A DNA stretch of 64,000 nt from Pecten maximus (Eukaryota), in contig NC_047017.1 of assembly GCF_902652985.1 (NCBI RefSeq), positions 17,980,001-18,044,000 of the forward strand. The letters run 5' to 3'. The notes under the pieces were generated by a model. It saw nothing but the letters and a program-made list of their open reading frames with translations, searched no databases and was not told the origin of the DNA. A program made the position numbers and the translations under genes. Of the stretch, positions 1-12,841 are shown one piece after another (positions within the stretch are counted from its first letter, which is position 1; every line of letters starts with the position of its first letter).

Positions 1-211
1 AAATATATCTGTACAACTAATGACTCCACAGATATAAAATATGCACTATTGTTAGATGTCACCATATCATTCTATAGCTTGATGAGAACCAACTAGCAAT
101 TCCACCTGCCATCACTATATATAGCTGATGATGTGTTGATTGCTAGTTGATTGACCTATCAATACATGTCTTTTAAGGACAGTACATTACATCCATATAC
201 CTGGTATATTG

Positions 212-295
212 CAATCTCTCCCAGAATGCATTGCGGTTCCCTTCATTACACATTACATCAATGAAGGGAACCGCAATGCATTCTGGGAGAGATTG
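212..295. repeat. Perfect hairpin, 36-bp arms, 12-nt loop
   Basis: CAATCTCTCCCAGAATGCATTGCGGTTCCCTTCATT and its exact reverse complement. Confidence 0.9.
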
Positions 296-598
296 GGTTA
301 TATATTGATATACAAAATGTATTGCGATTTAACTAAAATTTCATATCACAAGCAAATTGGCATTGTATCTCTATGTTTCACTATGCGCATCCTTTTCATT
401 GATGGGGGAGTACTTGAAACCATATTTTCAATGGATTAATGTATTATGGCATGGTCTGGGTACAGAGCCCATAGCCTTCCTCATATGGGCAAACAGACAC
501 AAATGACAGATCAAATGTGAGGTATTGACGAGGGAGATATTTAACGACAAAAATAGTTTTTTTTTCATAAATGGGATCAATTTAAAGACCCAAAATTA

Positions 599-679
599 AT
601 TTGCCTCTTACATCAAATTACACAATGGGAAAAGCAGTACCTGCTTTTCCCATTGTGTAATTTGATGTAAGAGGCAAAT
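599..679. repeat. Perfect palindrome, 39-bp arms, 3-nt loop
   Basis: ATTTGCCTCTTACATCAAATTACACAATGGGAAAAGCAG-TAC-reverse complement. Confidence 0.9.
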
Positions 680-2019
680 ATGATTCTAAGTATGAAAATG
701 ATTCTGGGTATTTTTTTAAAATGATTCTAAGTATCAAAAATGAACCTACAAGGTACATGGGATGAGATCAACATGACTTAGGAAACATTATGAAGTGTTG
801 TTGATATGGTCTATATAATTGGTGAGAAGGCTGAAGAATAAAACTCAAATGTTAAAGAATGCTGCCAATTCATGCTTATTTTTCTGACAAAAGACAATTG
901 AATACATTTACAGGGGGCAGAGACATAAGAAAGTGAAATATCTGGTGTGGTACGGTATGAAGGAGTAGGCTCTGCCTTATCGTCTGTGAGGAAAGGTCTT
1001 AGACCAAAGCATTAACAACCGCTGCACAAATAGAACTGGCAAGACTGATGGAAATGTAAGAACTACAGCTCAATTAAGATCAAATCTAATGCTTTTGTGT
1101 GCATATGTTATAGAACCTATCTTTTTCTTGTAAGCATGAGATTCATTGACAACAGAGCTTACATGTAAGAGAAGGATCTAAGCCAATATAAAGCAAGATA
1201 CATTTCAGATGATTCCTTGGCATCTGTTAATTACCAGGACAACTTACATGCACATGGTAACATTATAGAATGCAGACAAACATTAGTTACACTGAAAACA
1301 TTGAGATATATGGTACGATCAGTTGCATGATTCTTAGGCCTCTATGAGTCATCTGAACAACACAGAGGAGATTGACATCTAGGCAAACAGTAAAAAGAGT
1401 GAGGAATGAACAGAAGAACTCTTTTGGAAACCCTTGGTGATGTGTGCAGTTCAATACCTCCACAATCGTCATATGTCAAGTTCAATAAATTGGATTAATC
1501 AACATATGATAGGTCAACCTGATATTGTTCTATGGCCAAAATGAATGATCATCTTCTCAGTTTACAGATGAGAGCATGGGGACTCTTTTGATAAATTACT
1601 GTAGATTCCACCTTATAGTCATAATGAGCATTCATTGTCCTAACAACATATTTCAGTGTATCATTATGGCCATAACCCTAATTAATCAGGAGAATATATA
1701 TGTGATTAAAGGTCTATATATGTATGCATTCCTTACATTAGTCCAATACACAAGGTTATCCAAGAGATCTAATATGTCCTGATCAAATCCTCTGATAGTG
1801 ACCTTGATTCGAGTTCAAATCTCTGGTCACATGTCTGTAACAAGTATATCAAATGTCTTAATAAATCAAAGTCCCAATCTGATTGATCCAATTTTACTGT
1901 TAATGCAAATTAGTCTAAATATCATCATAGCCCAAGATAATGGAATATCAATAATTTATCCTAGTCAGGTGACACTAATGGCATGTGGTACCATAAATTT
2001 ATCAAAATCTGACATTAAC

Positions 2020-3116
2020 ATGTTCTTGGGTTAAGATACACCATTAAATTACTGTATCACAGTCAAACATCATCAACATGGCCTAGGACACCATTGATTT
2101 ATAAATCATAGCCTAACATCATAAACATGGCCTAGAACAATGATAGCCTGACATCATAAACATGGCCAAGAACAACGAGTCTGACATCATCAACATGGTC
2201 TAAAACAACGATAGTCTGACATCATAAACATGGACTAGAATAACGAGTCAGACATCATACACATGGCCTAGAACAGCATTGATTTTTAAAATCATAGCAT
2301 GCCATCTTTAAGCATGGCCAAGGACACCAATCATTCATAAATAATAGTCAGACATCATTAACATGGCCTGGAACACCATTAATTTATAAATCATAGTCTG
2401 ACATCATAAACATGGCCTGGAACACCATTAATTTATAAATCATAGTCGGACATCATAAACATGGCCTGGAACACCATTAATTTATAAATCATAGTCTGAC
2501 ATCATAAACATGGCCTGGAACACCATTGATTTATAAATCATAGTCTGACATCATAAACATGGCCTGGAACACCATTAATTTATAAATCATAGTCGGACAT
2601 CATAAACATGGCCTGGAACACCATTAATTTATAAATCATAGTCTGACATCATAAACATGGCCTGGAACACCATTAATTTATAAATCATAGTCTGACATCA
2701 TAAACATGGCCTGGAACACCATTAATTTATAAATCATAGTCAGACATCATAAACATGGCCTGGAACACCATTAATTTATAAATCATAGTCTGACATCATT
2801 AACATGGCCTGGAACACCATTGATTTATAAATCATAGTCTGACATCATTAACAAGGCATTGCAAGGACACCATTAATTTATCATAGTCCGACACTAGGAC
2901 ATCATTAATTAATTTATAAATCATAGTCTGATGTGTTATTAACATGATTTTGGACACCATTAATTCATCGTACATGTAGTCTAACATCTTTAACCTGACC
3001 ATGCTGGTACATCATTAATCTATAAATCATAGTGAGACAGCATTGACATGGCCAAGGACACTATATTAATTTATTAACCATAGTCATATATTATTAACAT
3101 GGCCTAGGACACCATT
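2020..3116. repeat. 49-bp minisatellite
   Basis: Unit ATCATAGTCTGACATCATAAACATGGCCTGGAACACCATTAATTTATAA; homogeneous core about 2342-2850 with degenerate flanks. Confidence 0.95.
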
Positions 3117-3724
3117 GTAGTTCAAAGATTCCAAGTCATCTTTACTCTATCGGTCAAGTGAGGGAAATTATGTGCGTAAAGCGAAAGAAGCAAGCGAGTT
3201 GTGACCATATACTATTATGTACATGACAAAACTCTCAGTACATTACATATGCATAGGGTTTCTTTGATATCACAAGTTTCCGAGTCTCAGTTAGGTCTAC
3301 ATGTTAACAGCTAGGTACATGCACATTGTATCCCGTTTGTCCAGAACAGTCTGTACAATGTCTCGTGGGGTATACATACAATTAAAAGGCTAGGAGGTTT
3401 GACAAGCCATGAAGACATGCATCAGAAGACTCAAGAATTATGCCAATTCCATAAAACACATCTTGTTTTCAACTGGGTGTATGTTTGTACCTGACGCAGA
3501 AAATCTAACAAATATATACATATGTATATAAATTATATACAATACATACATGTACATGTATACTCTACGTGAACACATGTACATGTATCACAATAAGTAA
3601 ATAACAGTAACGCTGCAATAACAGCTAGCTAGGACCTAACCGATTACCACTGAATCCCTAAGTGAAGAATAACCAACGGATGGTATACAAGGGGCAGACG
3701 GTTACTATAATGTAGGAAATGCAG

Positions 3725-3900
3725 CTTACCTGGGAGGCTGTGTATATCCCTACTGTCCGAGCAATGAACGGACCCGTGAACTGACAATAGTAGGTCTTAA
3801 CTCGTGACGTCAGCTAGCAACATGATGCCACCGATTTAATGAAGTTGTCAGGTAAACATCCGAGACCTCCCGAAACATGTTCTCGGATTTTTACATAGAC
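3725..3900 (-). promoter_or_regulatory. Possible 5' (non-coding) exon/promoter of a gene running off the left end
   Basis: CpG-rich patch with TGACGTCA, ending in a strong minus-strand donor CAG|GTAAG near 3729. No downstream exon recognised. Confidence 0.3.
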
Positions 3901-6836
3901 GCTATATTAAAGAAAACACGTACCCCTATTAATGTCAATAATAAGGAAACATATATGGGGAAACTGAGAAAACAATATGTAGCAGCATTGTTTTACCCAT
4001 ATATAAACATAAATACTCAAGTTAAACGAAATCAATGAGAAATATCGATATTGCTATAGAAGATACCGGTACAACCATACCGGTTACTGAAAGTTGACAA
4101 ATATTGAAAGAGTTATCTCTCTTGGTATGTAGAGTTTAAACATTGCGTATTTTTCCAACTTTCAACACTTTCATAAATTTTCAACAAAAACACGTATGAA
4201 TATGTATAAATAATATTGAATGAATACTTCTGATGTGGAATAGTTACTTTATTGAAATCAATATAAGAAATCTAGATTGAGTTTCATTTTCAATCTGCGA
4301 GTGTTATGATTCTCAATTCATGCACTTTTTAGAAAAATATCCAATGGTACCAAATTATGATATCTTGGTATTTTAATCAATTTAAAGAAGGCTTATACTG
4401 TGTCCTTTTTCATAAATCACAAATTAAACCAAATGTATACTGCAACCAGCACTTGATATATATCGATTTGCTTACAAACAACACATAGACTCCTAAATCT
4501 TATTTATTTTTCTTGCAAGTCAATTGTCTCAGTAGTCAAATCAACTCATTAAATAAGCTTTGAAAATTTTACATTTGAGAGAATGCAATAAAATGTATTG
4601 CAAGACTGAATAATTTTCTCACAATAGGCAACTCTCATTCTTTGGAAAATTTTACCATTGTGCTGCCATGTGATTTCTTTTGGTCGAAGATAACATGCAA
4701 GACTGTGTTACATTCAGCTTGTATGACCAGTAAGGTGTCATGTACATGTGAGCTTTCAATTTTTGGAAGATTTTTCCATTCAAGTTTTTCGTGTATTTTG
4801 TCTACAGAGAAGATATATATATTGAGACAGAAACTCATGGATTTCAATGGAATAGAGCCAAAAAAAAAATGGGTTTCTCCAATATCTCCGGAAAACTGGC
4901 AATGACAATTATACATCATTTAGAGCAAAATATTTTATTAACAAATAGCAAACGGAATTCTATAGGCACTATCACATTTGTAATATAATTCCTGAATGCA
5001 AAACAAAACAATTTCTAGACAAATTCACATTAGCTATGACTTCAGTTAATTCCAGCACATTTCATTTCTAGCTGTGGCAGCTGTTAATAGTGTTAGTTGT
5101 ATCAATATAATAGTATCAATATATTCACACACAACATTCATATTTTAATATGTTTTTAGGTGATTGCACAAACATTATAATAATCTTTCAATAAATATTT
5201 GGTTGTCATGTTTAATTAACATAGCACACCTAATGCTCCCTTTCAATTTGCATCATATTAAATCATGCAAGAAATGGAATGATATATTGTTTATCAAATA
5301 TCAGGTTATCATTGTTTGAAGTAATTATTTGTGAAAACAATATTTTTTCTAGACAATCTGGCATCTGAATTTTCAAGCATTTTCACTTAATGCAAATAAT
5401 TTAAGCAGTAAAACAGGTTATCAGAAACAAATCCATTCGAATGAGAGAATCTTATTTAGCAAATACCTTTGAAGTTTAATATACAACAGTATATAGCTAT
5501 ATTTGAATAACAATATGATTGCACTGAAAATGAGCGTATTACAATTGCAATAGTTATTTAATACGTAACAGAGGTATCTTATGTACACATACCCGTCACA
5601 AAAGGGCTTCACAAATACAGAACCAGTTCACAAATACAGAACAGGGTTTCTCTTGTAAAGCTCAAATAACATTTACAGGGCATTCATGTCAAAAGATATA
5701 CCTGACAGAGGTGTAAAAGAATACCAAATTAAGAATTATTCACAACATTTAAAAGGCAAATGCAAAGATCTTTTCAGGAAAATAAATGATAATTCTACTA
5801 CATTCTTACAAATATATATAAAGTCAAATTAGGCAACAAACATCGCATCTCAATTAAATTCAGCCAAATAAATCACAGAATCTTGATGTTGATATGATTT
5901 TAAAATGTTGGTACAGTATTAAAATTCATTGCATCATCACATTTTTATCACATTTCATACTCTACCTCTCGTGCTTCAAAGTACATACAAACTACAATAA
6001 TAAGAAAATCAATTGCGTATCAAATATCAAGGAAGTAGAAGTAATAACAAATCTTCCCTGAGTAAACCAATCACATAATGAATTTCTCTTACTCTATACT
6101 ATTTAAGCATATATATGCACTGCTGTTAAATAGGGTTTTCAATGAAGCCGATATTTGGGAATAAGTCAAATTCAGATAACATTCCTATTTTAATCACTTC
6201 TGAGAACTTAAGATAGGGCTGGATGTTGATATACATCTATTAAAGTGACATATAAGATATAATTGAGATGTTGCTTTTCTCTGGATTCATCAATGGTCTG
6301 GCTTCTCTCAGAGTGATCATGAGCTGGCATCCTTCCTTATCAATCACCACTATACTGTGATAATAATAAATTATGAAAGGCTAGAAAAAAAAAATAAACT
6401 CATCCTGCAGTCCCAACTCTAGCTGTCACAATAGCTCCCTCCTTGCACAAATAATGATATATGAGCCTCTTGGGGCATATGGAGGATATACAATTATTGG
6501 TGCGATGGTCCTTATAAGACTTAGAAATGACAAAGCTATTTAGGGGGAATTTTTTAACACAAAATGCTTTTTTTATCTTATCCTAAATATTTGTAGGATC
6601 CTGTCAGTGACAATACACAGAATATTGGTTTTAAAAAATATTCTATTTATTTCAAGTTTTTGGATATCCAGCTCTAGCTAAAGGATTTTATGCCTTGTAT
6701 ATAGATGCCTATTAGATGGCTCATAATCTCTCTGAATTCAGACTTTCTAGCAATCCTCAGAAACTGAAGTCTAATCAAAACAAAACATTTCACATGTAAA
6801 CAGTAGCTGCCAGAAAAGGTTATGAATGTTGTTTCT

Positions 6837-9800
6837 TCAGGACATCAGCTCAAGGAGGTTGGCTGTCACAATGCCACCAGAGAACATGCACATCACTGCT
6901 GCCATTGATGCTAATGTTCAGAAGTCCCACTCCTGAAAGTCCATGACCACTGAAAGTATGTAAGATACAAATACATATTACTAGCCTTTGCTGTTTTTAG
7001 TAGCCATCAGAGATTTTTGTCTCCGTTTATATAATATGTGACATTTAATTTGGTTGAAACCCCACATAATCATGCTTCAAATAATCCTTTAGTTGACATT
7101 TGTTATACATGTATTGCTCTCTTGATCATGAAACAAGCTTAAGTCTAAAAACTGTCTAAAATTTTGACTTAGTTTCCAATCACAGATAAGGTCATGAAAA
7201 GAGATGTCATATGTAATTGGCTAAATAGAAGTCTAAAACAATTTCCTGATTCCTGAGCATAGAATTCCTTTATCATTTAATGCAGAAAAATAACATGTAC
7301 TTTTAAGTGTTTATTACAACAGGAAGGCAGAATATTGAATGTTGTACTCACCTTGTACAGCCCCCAGCCATCCGGGCTCCGAAGATAATCATGACACCCC
7401 CAAGGAATGCTACTCCAGGAGAAACACCATCCACGTTACCATACTGGCCTGAAGCTGTAGCAGAGATATAGGATCCTAGGGCAGATCCTCCAATGAATAT
7501 TACCTAGGGAAGATAATGACATCACAAACCCATTAACTTACAATAATACATATACAAAATGGCACATTCCGACTCTTCTCCTTGGGATAATGTAGTTGGT
7601 TATGGTAGATTTTTTTGCATTTATTGTATGTTTCTCCGACATTACATTTTTAAATGAACTTCTTTGGTAAAAAAAATTCAGTTGCATTTAATTCCTGTAT
7701 GTTAAAACCATCTTTCAGCGAGGCAGCCGCACCATTAAATTCTTTTTGTAATTTCAATGGGTTCCATATTAGTACCAACCTGCCACCAGTTGGCAAATCC
7801 TTTTTTGAACTTGGCAAGGTAAGGCGATAATTTCTTCATGGAGTTGTTGACAATGCCTTGTGACACCACAGTACAGTAGCATCTACTTCCTCCTGTATCA
7901 ACACACAGGTCATGTTTCGTAAAATTTACAGAAAACTTCAACACAATACACATGTATATTGCATAGAAATGTAGAGAAAAAAACTTTAATACAACCAAAC
8001 ATGTACAAAATAACTATGGCATGAATGTTTTTTTTGAATGGATCAACTTGAACACAATTTGGTAACGAACATCCATCAACCTGCATAGCTGTACCAGTCA
8101 AGGGACTTGAACATGATTATTTAAATATTCTTCAGTAATAGCCCTACTTTAACATTCTTTAACTTGTAATTACTGTTCTTAGTACATTCACCTACATTAT
8201 CTAATGCATGTGTGACCTAGGCTTCAGTGTTCTATGAGATACAAACCTAATGTAGTATTGAGGAACAGCACAAGTGGCACTTGGAGACACCCAATCAAAG
8301 TTCCACAGATGTAGGGGTGCCAGCAGGGCATTGCTAGCATAGGCTTGCCAACCATGTCTGAGGCTTGTACCTATTTAAATATATATGTACAAATATATGC
8401 ATATATCCAAATTATATTATTATTCATTGTTACTTTTGTACCACCAATCAATTTTTTTTGAGGCATTGATACTTTGTACTTGAAAATCACCATTGCAGTA
8501 ATGATAAATATTGTAAATATTTTACTTTTAAAATATTATTCTAGCATGATTTATTGGGCTTCTTTGATCTTCAGATTTTTTAACATAATCATTGATATGA
8601 TTTAGGACTTGAAGGAGATAGTTCTCTCCCAAATTCACAGGTACAGGAGAATACTTACTGCGACTTCATACTGCCATGGGTACATCATCTCGAGGGAGAA
8701 AACTACAATTCCCAGCATGGAGAACACGGGGAAGGAAATGATGAATGGAGGGGAGCCCATCAATTGGTACAAACTACAAAACATACACAAATAATCAAAT
8801 GTCAATATTGTAATGTAAATATACATTATGATCCAGGTGTTCACATAATTTATCCTCCGAGAGTATTCAGCACTTTATTACTACAACATGGAAACACCCT
8901 TTTTACAGGGATGTCATTGTGACACCTGGGCCCAGTTGTTCAAAATGTGATAAGCTTAATCACTTGATTAGTGAAAATCTCCTTTCTCCATTACGTCAAA
9001 ATCTATGTATGTATATTCCTTGAAATAGGCAGGTAGGAAGAAACTAACGAGTGTTGTAGTTTTATGAAATTTTGTCATGTCAGTTTTACCAGAAATGATT
9101 TTATCAGGATTTTAAAATTGTTGTTAAACCGTGATTAGCCTAATCACATTTTGAACAACTGGGCCCAGTTGATTTGGTGAATTAAGCTCTGACTCTGACT
9201 CTGACATTCAATGAGTCATAGATTGTTATAACCTTTTTTTATTAACATTTATAATATACTTACAAGTGGTACTTGATAGGTGTGGTAGGATCTGTAAGAC
9301 TGGTCACAATTGGCTCTGTCACACCATACAGTACAGTTCCTGTTAAAACTCCAGCTAGTGCAAACACTACAAATTAAGTGTATACTTCAAGTCACACATA
9401 AAAGAAACCTACAGCCATATTACCAACACAGTAGATAAATATATGCAAAAAAGAAATATTTTTAACACTTTTAATTATCTTAACAGGAATTCAGTTCATT
9501 CATATATCAGAGTTATCTCAAACTACATGCATGCATGCATCTGCACACAGGGGAGGAATCCTTAATTTATGTTAGCTGTTGATAGGGCCTTTTCTTTCTA
9601 TCTCCCTATTTGATCCTCTCTCTCGATACCTCTATGTCCCCTCTCTTTCCCTTCTATCTCATATCTCTATCTCTTGACAGAATATCTCATAACTATGTAG
9701 CTATGTTAAAAAGTCTCCATAATATTCATTGTAGTGGAATGAGGAATTTGATTTTAATTAGACTGACTTTGTTTAAACCTGCATTTTATTGTTTCCATGA

Positions 9801-11889
9801 ATATTGAATAATTTATTTCCTTAATGCAGTTTTAGCACTACCAATAAACAATGATCAAACGTGTTCTTTTACCCTGAGTTGTGAACACCACCTCCCATTT
9901 GTATTCCAACAAGTCCAGGGCACTATAAAACAAATAGAAAGTCACCAATGTTATTGTCTTCTCAACATGACAGTAATAAGACAGAACAGCTACAACAGGT
10001 TTGTATTGGTCTGAAGTCTAACCTCTGACCTTCCAGAGGATATCTGTTCAGAATCCTTGGAACTGTTCATAAGACCAAGTGCCATTTCACAACATCAATC
10101 TCTGTTAACCAAGAGTTTGATACATTATAACAGTTAAAATTCATGGTCAAATACATGTATGTGCATTCTGAAGAAGTGATAAAATAGCAATATGGCTATT
10201 TTAAATATATTATGATCGATCAAACAGGGTTTTTTATCAGGGAGGTATATTGGAAAGAATACATGTTACAGTAACGGGTATGATTTTGAAAGTCAGATTT
10301 TGAAAAAGCATTCAACACTGTGTCTAGAAATTACATAAAAAAAGCTTAGAGTTTTTTGGGCTTTGGCAATGATATTTCAAGATGATTTACTAATACATGA
10401 CACAATTCTACATCAACAATTAATCAAATCTATTATTGTAATTAATTTTTATGATAATATATTTCAGAGTTTTCACATTTAGGTTTAAGATGGATAATGT
10501 TACGCTAATAAAATGTGATATGTTAATGTTTTCAAATGATATCTTTACCGTTCCAACAACAGCCATTCCTGAGCCAAGGATAAAACCTCCAACAGAGATA
10601 CCAAAGTAACCCTTCTGGTTGAGGCCTCCAATGAAAGCTGCCCTCGACAAAAGGTACTTCTTTCTTGTAAGTGGCAAGATGGACAGTACCGACAGGAAAA
10701 ACATACCTGTTTTAAATATAGTTGCAGTAATTACATGTTCTTATTTATAGTTGTTTCTAATACAGGGCTTTTTGTTGAGGCCTTTTGGGGTCAAAAATTG
10801 TCCCCATTCCCAATTAAACTTATTTCCTTCCATTGCACCAATTTTTCTTCCATATTTATGAAGTGGAAAAAAACCCTGCAATGTCTACAACTGCACTTTA
10901 GCAAGTTTAGGCCTATATGTGTCAGACCTTAATTGGGAAATAAACATAATCATTGCAATTTTCTATTACTGTGTAGACATGCATGTACCTGTAAAATGAC
11001 ATTAAGGAAGATTATAGCAGTTAAAAGATTGAATAATGTGCACAACGTCATCAAAAAATTCTTGACTATATTAATTATTATTTGATAGATCTACGTTAAA
11101 TCAAACCAAACCAAAAACTGTTTTTTCCCAAAGGAAAATATTCTTCAACCTTTTTAGAGATTTTTTTTGTAGGCCTAACGGGAATGTTGTGAAGTTACAA
11201 ATTAATTACCCACTGTGAGCGATGTCAAAAACACCTTCATCATTATGAACTTGCGGAATAGCATCTGGTTTGTAACAACTGCAGGCTCAAATACTGTAAC
11301 AGAAGAATTAATGCACCTTAATTAGAGCGAGTGTTAGATCTAGCAGAGGTCTCTGGATCTAGATAACATTTTGTAATTAAATAATTAATTTCTAGCTTAT
11401 TTTCTACTATTAAACAGTCTAACGTAGAATTTGTTCAAACGTTTTAATAGGTAAGATATAATTTGATTTTGTCTCCTTAGGTATTTTTAATATGATGAGT
11501 AAAATAATGAATTATAATGCAATAAGCCATCAGTGGTCTACATTGCCATAGATCTAATATTTCTAAAACCGCTGACTGCACGAAGGGCGACAACTCCGTA
11601 ACATTGCAAAGCAGTTGATGTCACGATCGCGATATTTCAGGGACAGAAAGGTATTGTTTTGTCATTTTACGGTATGCATAAAAGAAATTTTACAATTACC
11701 CCTTGATTTTTCAACAGCGATTCCAAACACTAATCCACATAGTGCCGAAACACTGCCTTTGAATGCGACCATCACTGATGGCATCAGTCCATTTTCTTTG
11801 GAAGCCGACGACCTTGCTTCTAACCGTGGAAAGCTGATTCCCACGTTGCCGTTTGTCTGGGACCGTGTTCTAGGTCGTGTCGACGCCAT
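6837..11889 (-). CDS. YeeE/YedE-family (TsuA-like) thiosulfate/sulfur-compound membrane transporter, 10 coding exons, two apparent 1-nt frameshifts
   Basis: Minus-strand exons 11889-11700 (MASTR...CGLVFGIAVEKSR), 11293-11210 (VFEPAVVTNQMLFRKFIMMKVFLTSLTV), 10706-10549 (...GGFILGSGMAVVGT), 9922-9873 (CPGLVGIQMGGG), 9366-9264, 8773-8659, 8370-8247 (WHPYICGTLIGCLQVPL), 7892-7780 (GGSRCYCTVVSQ...NWWQ), 7503-7352 (FLGGVMIIFGARMAGGCTS), 6949-6837 (GHGLSGVG). The GTCPG and GARMAGGCTSGH motifs are characteristic of YeeE/YedE (Sulf_transp). Start Met uncertain. Confidence 0.85.
8928..9166. mobile_element. MITE (PIF/Harbinger-like ends)
   Basis: TIR GGGCCCAGTTGTTCAAAA; second copy in reverse at 45963-46189. 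Confidence 0.8.
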
Positions 11890-12071
11890 TTCGAGTCTTT
11901 GGGATTTAATGCACCTAGTCAGAACATCTGGAAATGTGCTAGACTCATTCCTCGTCTTTTGTTTACACCGCGGATGACTGGCAGAAACAGATACCGACTC
12001 ATGCGTGACGTAAATCAATTCGAAAGCGCGCGAAAATTCGAAATACTTTTTGGTGATGCATAGCCATAGGG

Positions 12072-12179
12072 TACTCCGATAACATAAGAGGCCGCTGGTC
12101 GGCTCTTTTTCTATCGGATATTATTTTGCCGACTGCGAAAAGTATCTCGCCGTGTAAAACCTCTAACATTGTTGGAGTA
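12072..12179. mobile_element. About 110-bp MITE with 10-bp TSD, copy 1 (upstream of the YeeE-like gene)
   Basis: TACTCC...GGAGTA, TSD AGCCA(T/C)AGGG; homologous in reverse orientation to 43284-43400. Confidence 0.8.
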
Positions 12180-12608
12180 AGCCACAGGGTTGTAACACAG
12201 GCACTTGCATAGGAAAATAATTTAAACAAGAAATATCTTTAACAAAGATTAACGGCATAGATCTACTTTAGATGCTGCCTGGTGTTTATAATATAAAACT
12301 GCTGGTGAAATTAATGAACGAACTAATGTGTTTCAGCACAGATATAGCAAAATGATATCAGTTTGAATCATTTTCACGGTGATAATAGTACCATGCGCGT
12401 AGCCAAGTTATTTTGTATGTGTATGCATAGAGATGAAATGAGGGGTGAATGAGTACCGTATTATGATATACAGTTAAGTGTTTGGACAATTTAAGTCCGT
12501 CATTTCAGAGACTTGTATATCGGGTATATACGTCTCTGGTCATTTAACGATGTCGGAATAGAACTTTACGTTGTCCTGTTTTCTTGAAACAACGAGCCTT
12601 GTACATAT

Positions 12609-12841
12609 TATGGCGCGGGAAGGATGTCATAATTAAATAATTTTGTTTCGATTATTGCCTAGGCAAAAATCGAATTTTGCCAAGACAAAATAATTTTTGC
12701 TTAGGCAGAAATATTTTTGCCTAGTTAAAAATCGAATTTTGCCTAGGCACAATTATCTTTGCCTAGGCTATATTTTATTTTTGCCTAGGCAAAATTCGAT
12801 TTCTAAAAAAGATTTAATTATGACATCCTTTCCGCGCCATA
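12609..12841. mobile_element. MITE with TATGGCGCGG TIR and internal TTGCCTAGGCAA palindromic subrepeats
   Basis: About 30-bp TIR TATGGCGCGGGAAGGATGTCATAATTAAAT and its reverse complement. Confidence 0.8.

Noticed and set aside
11615-11977. 120-aa plus-strand ORF
   Set aside because: Antisense shadow of the YeeE-like exon 1.
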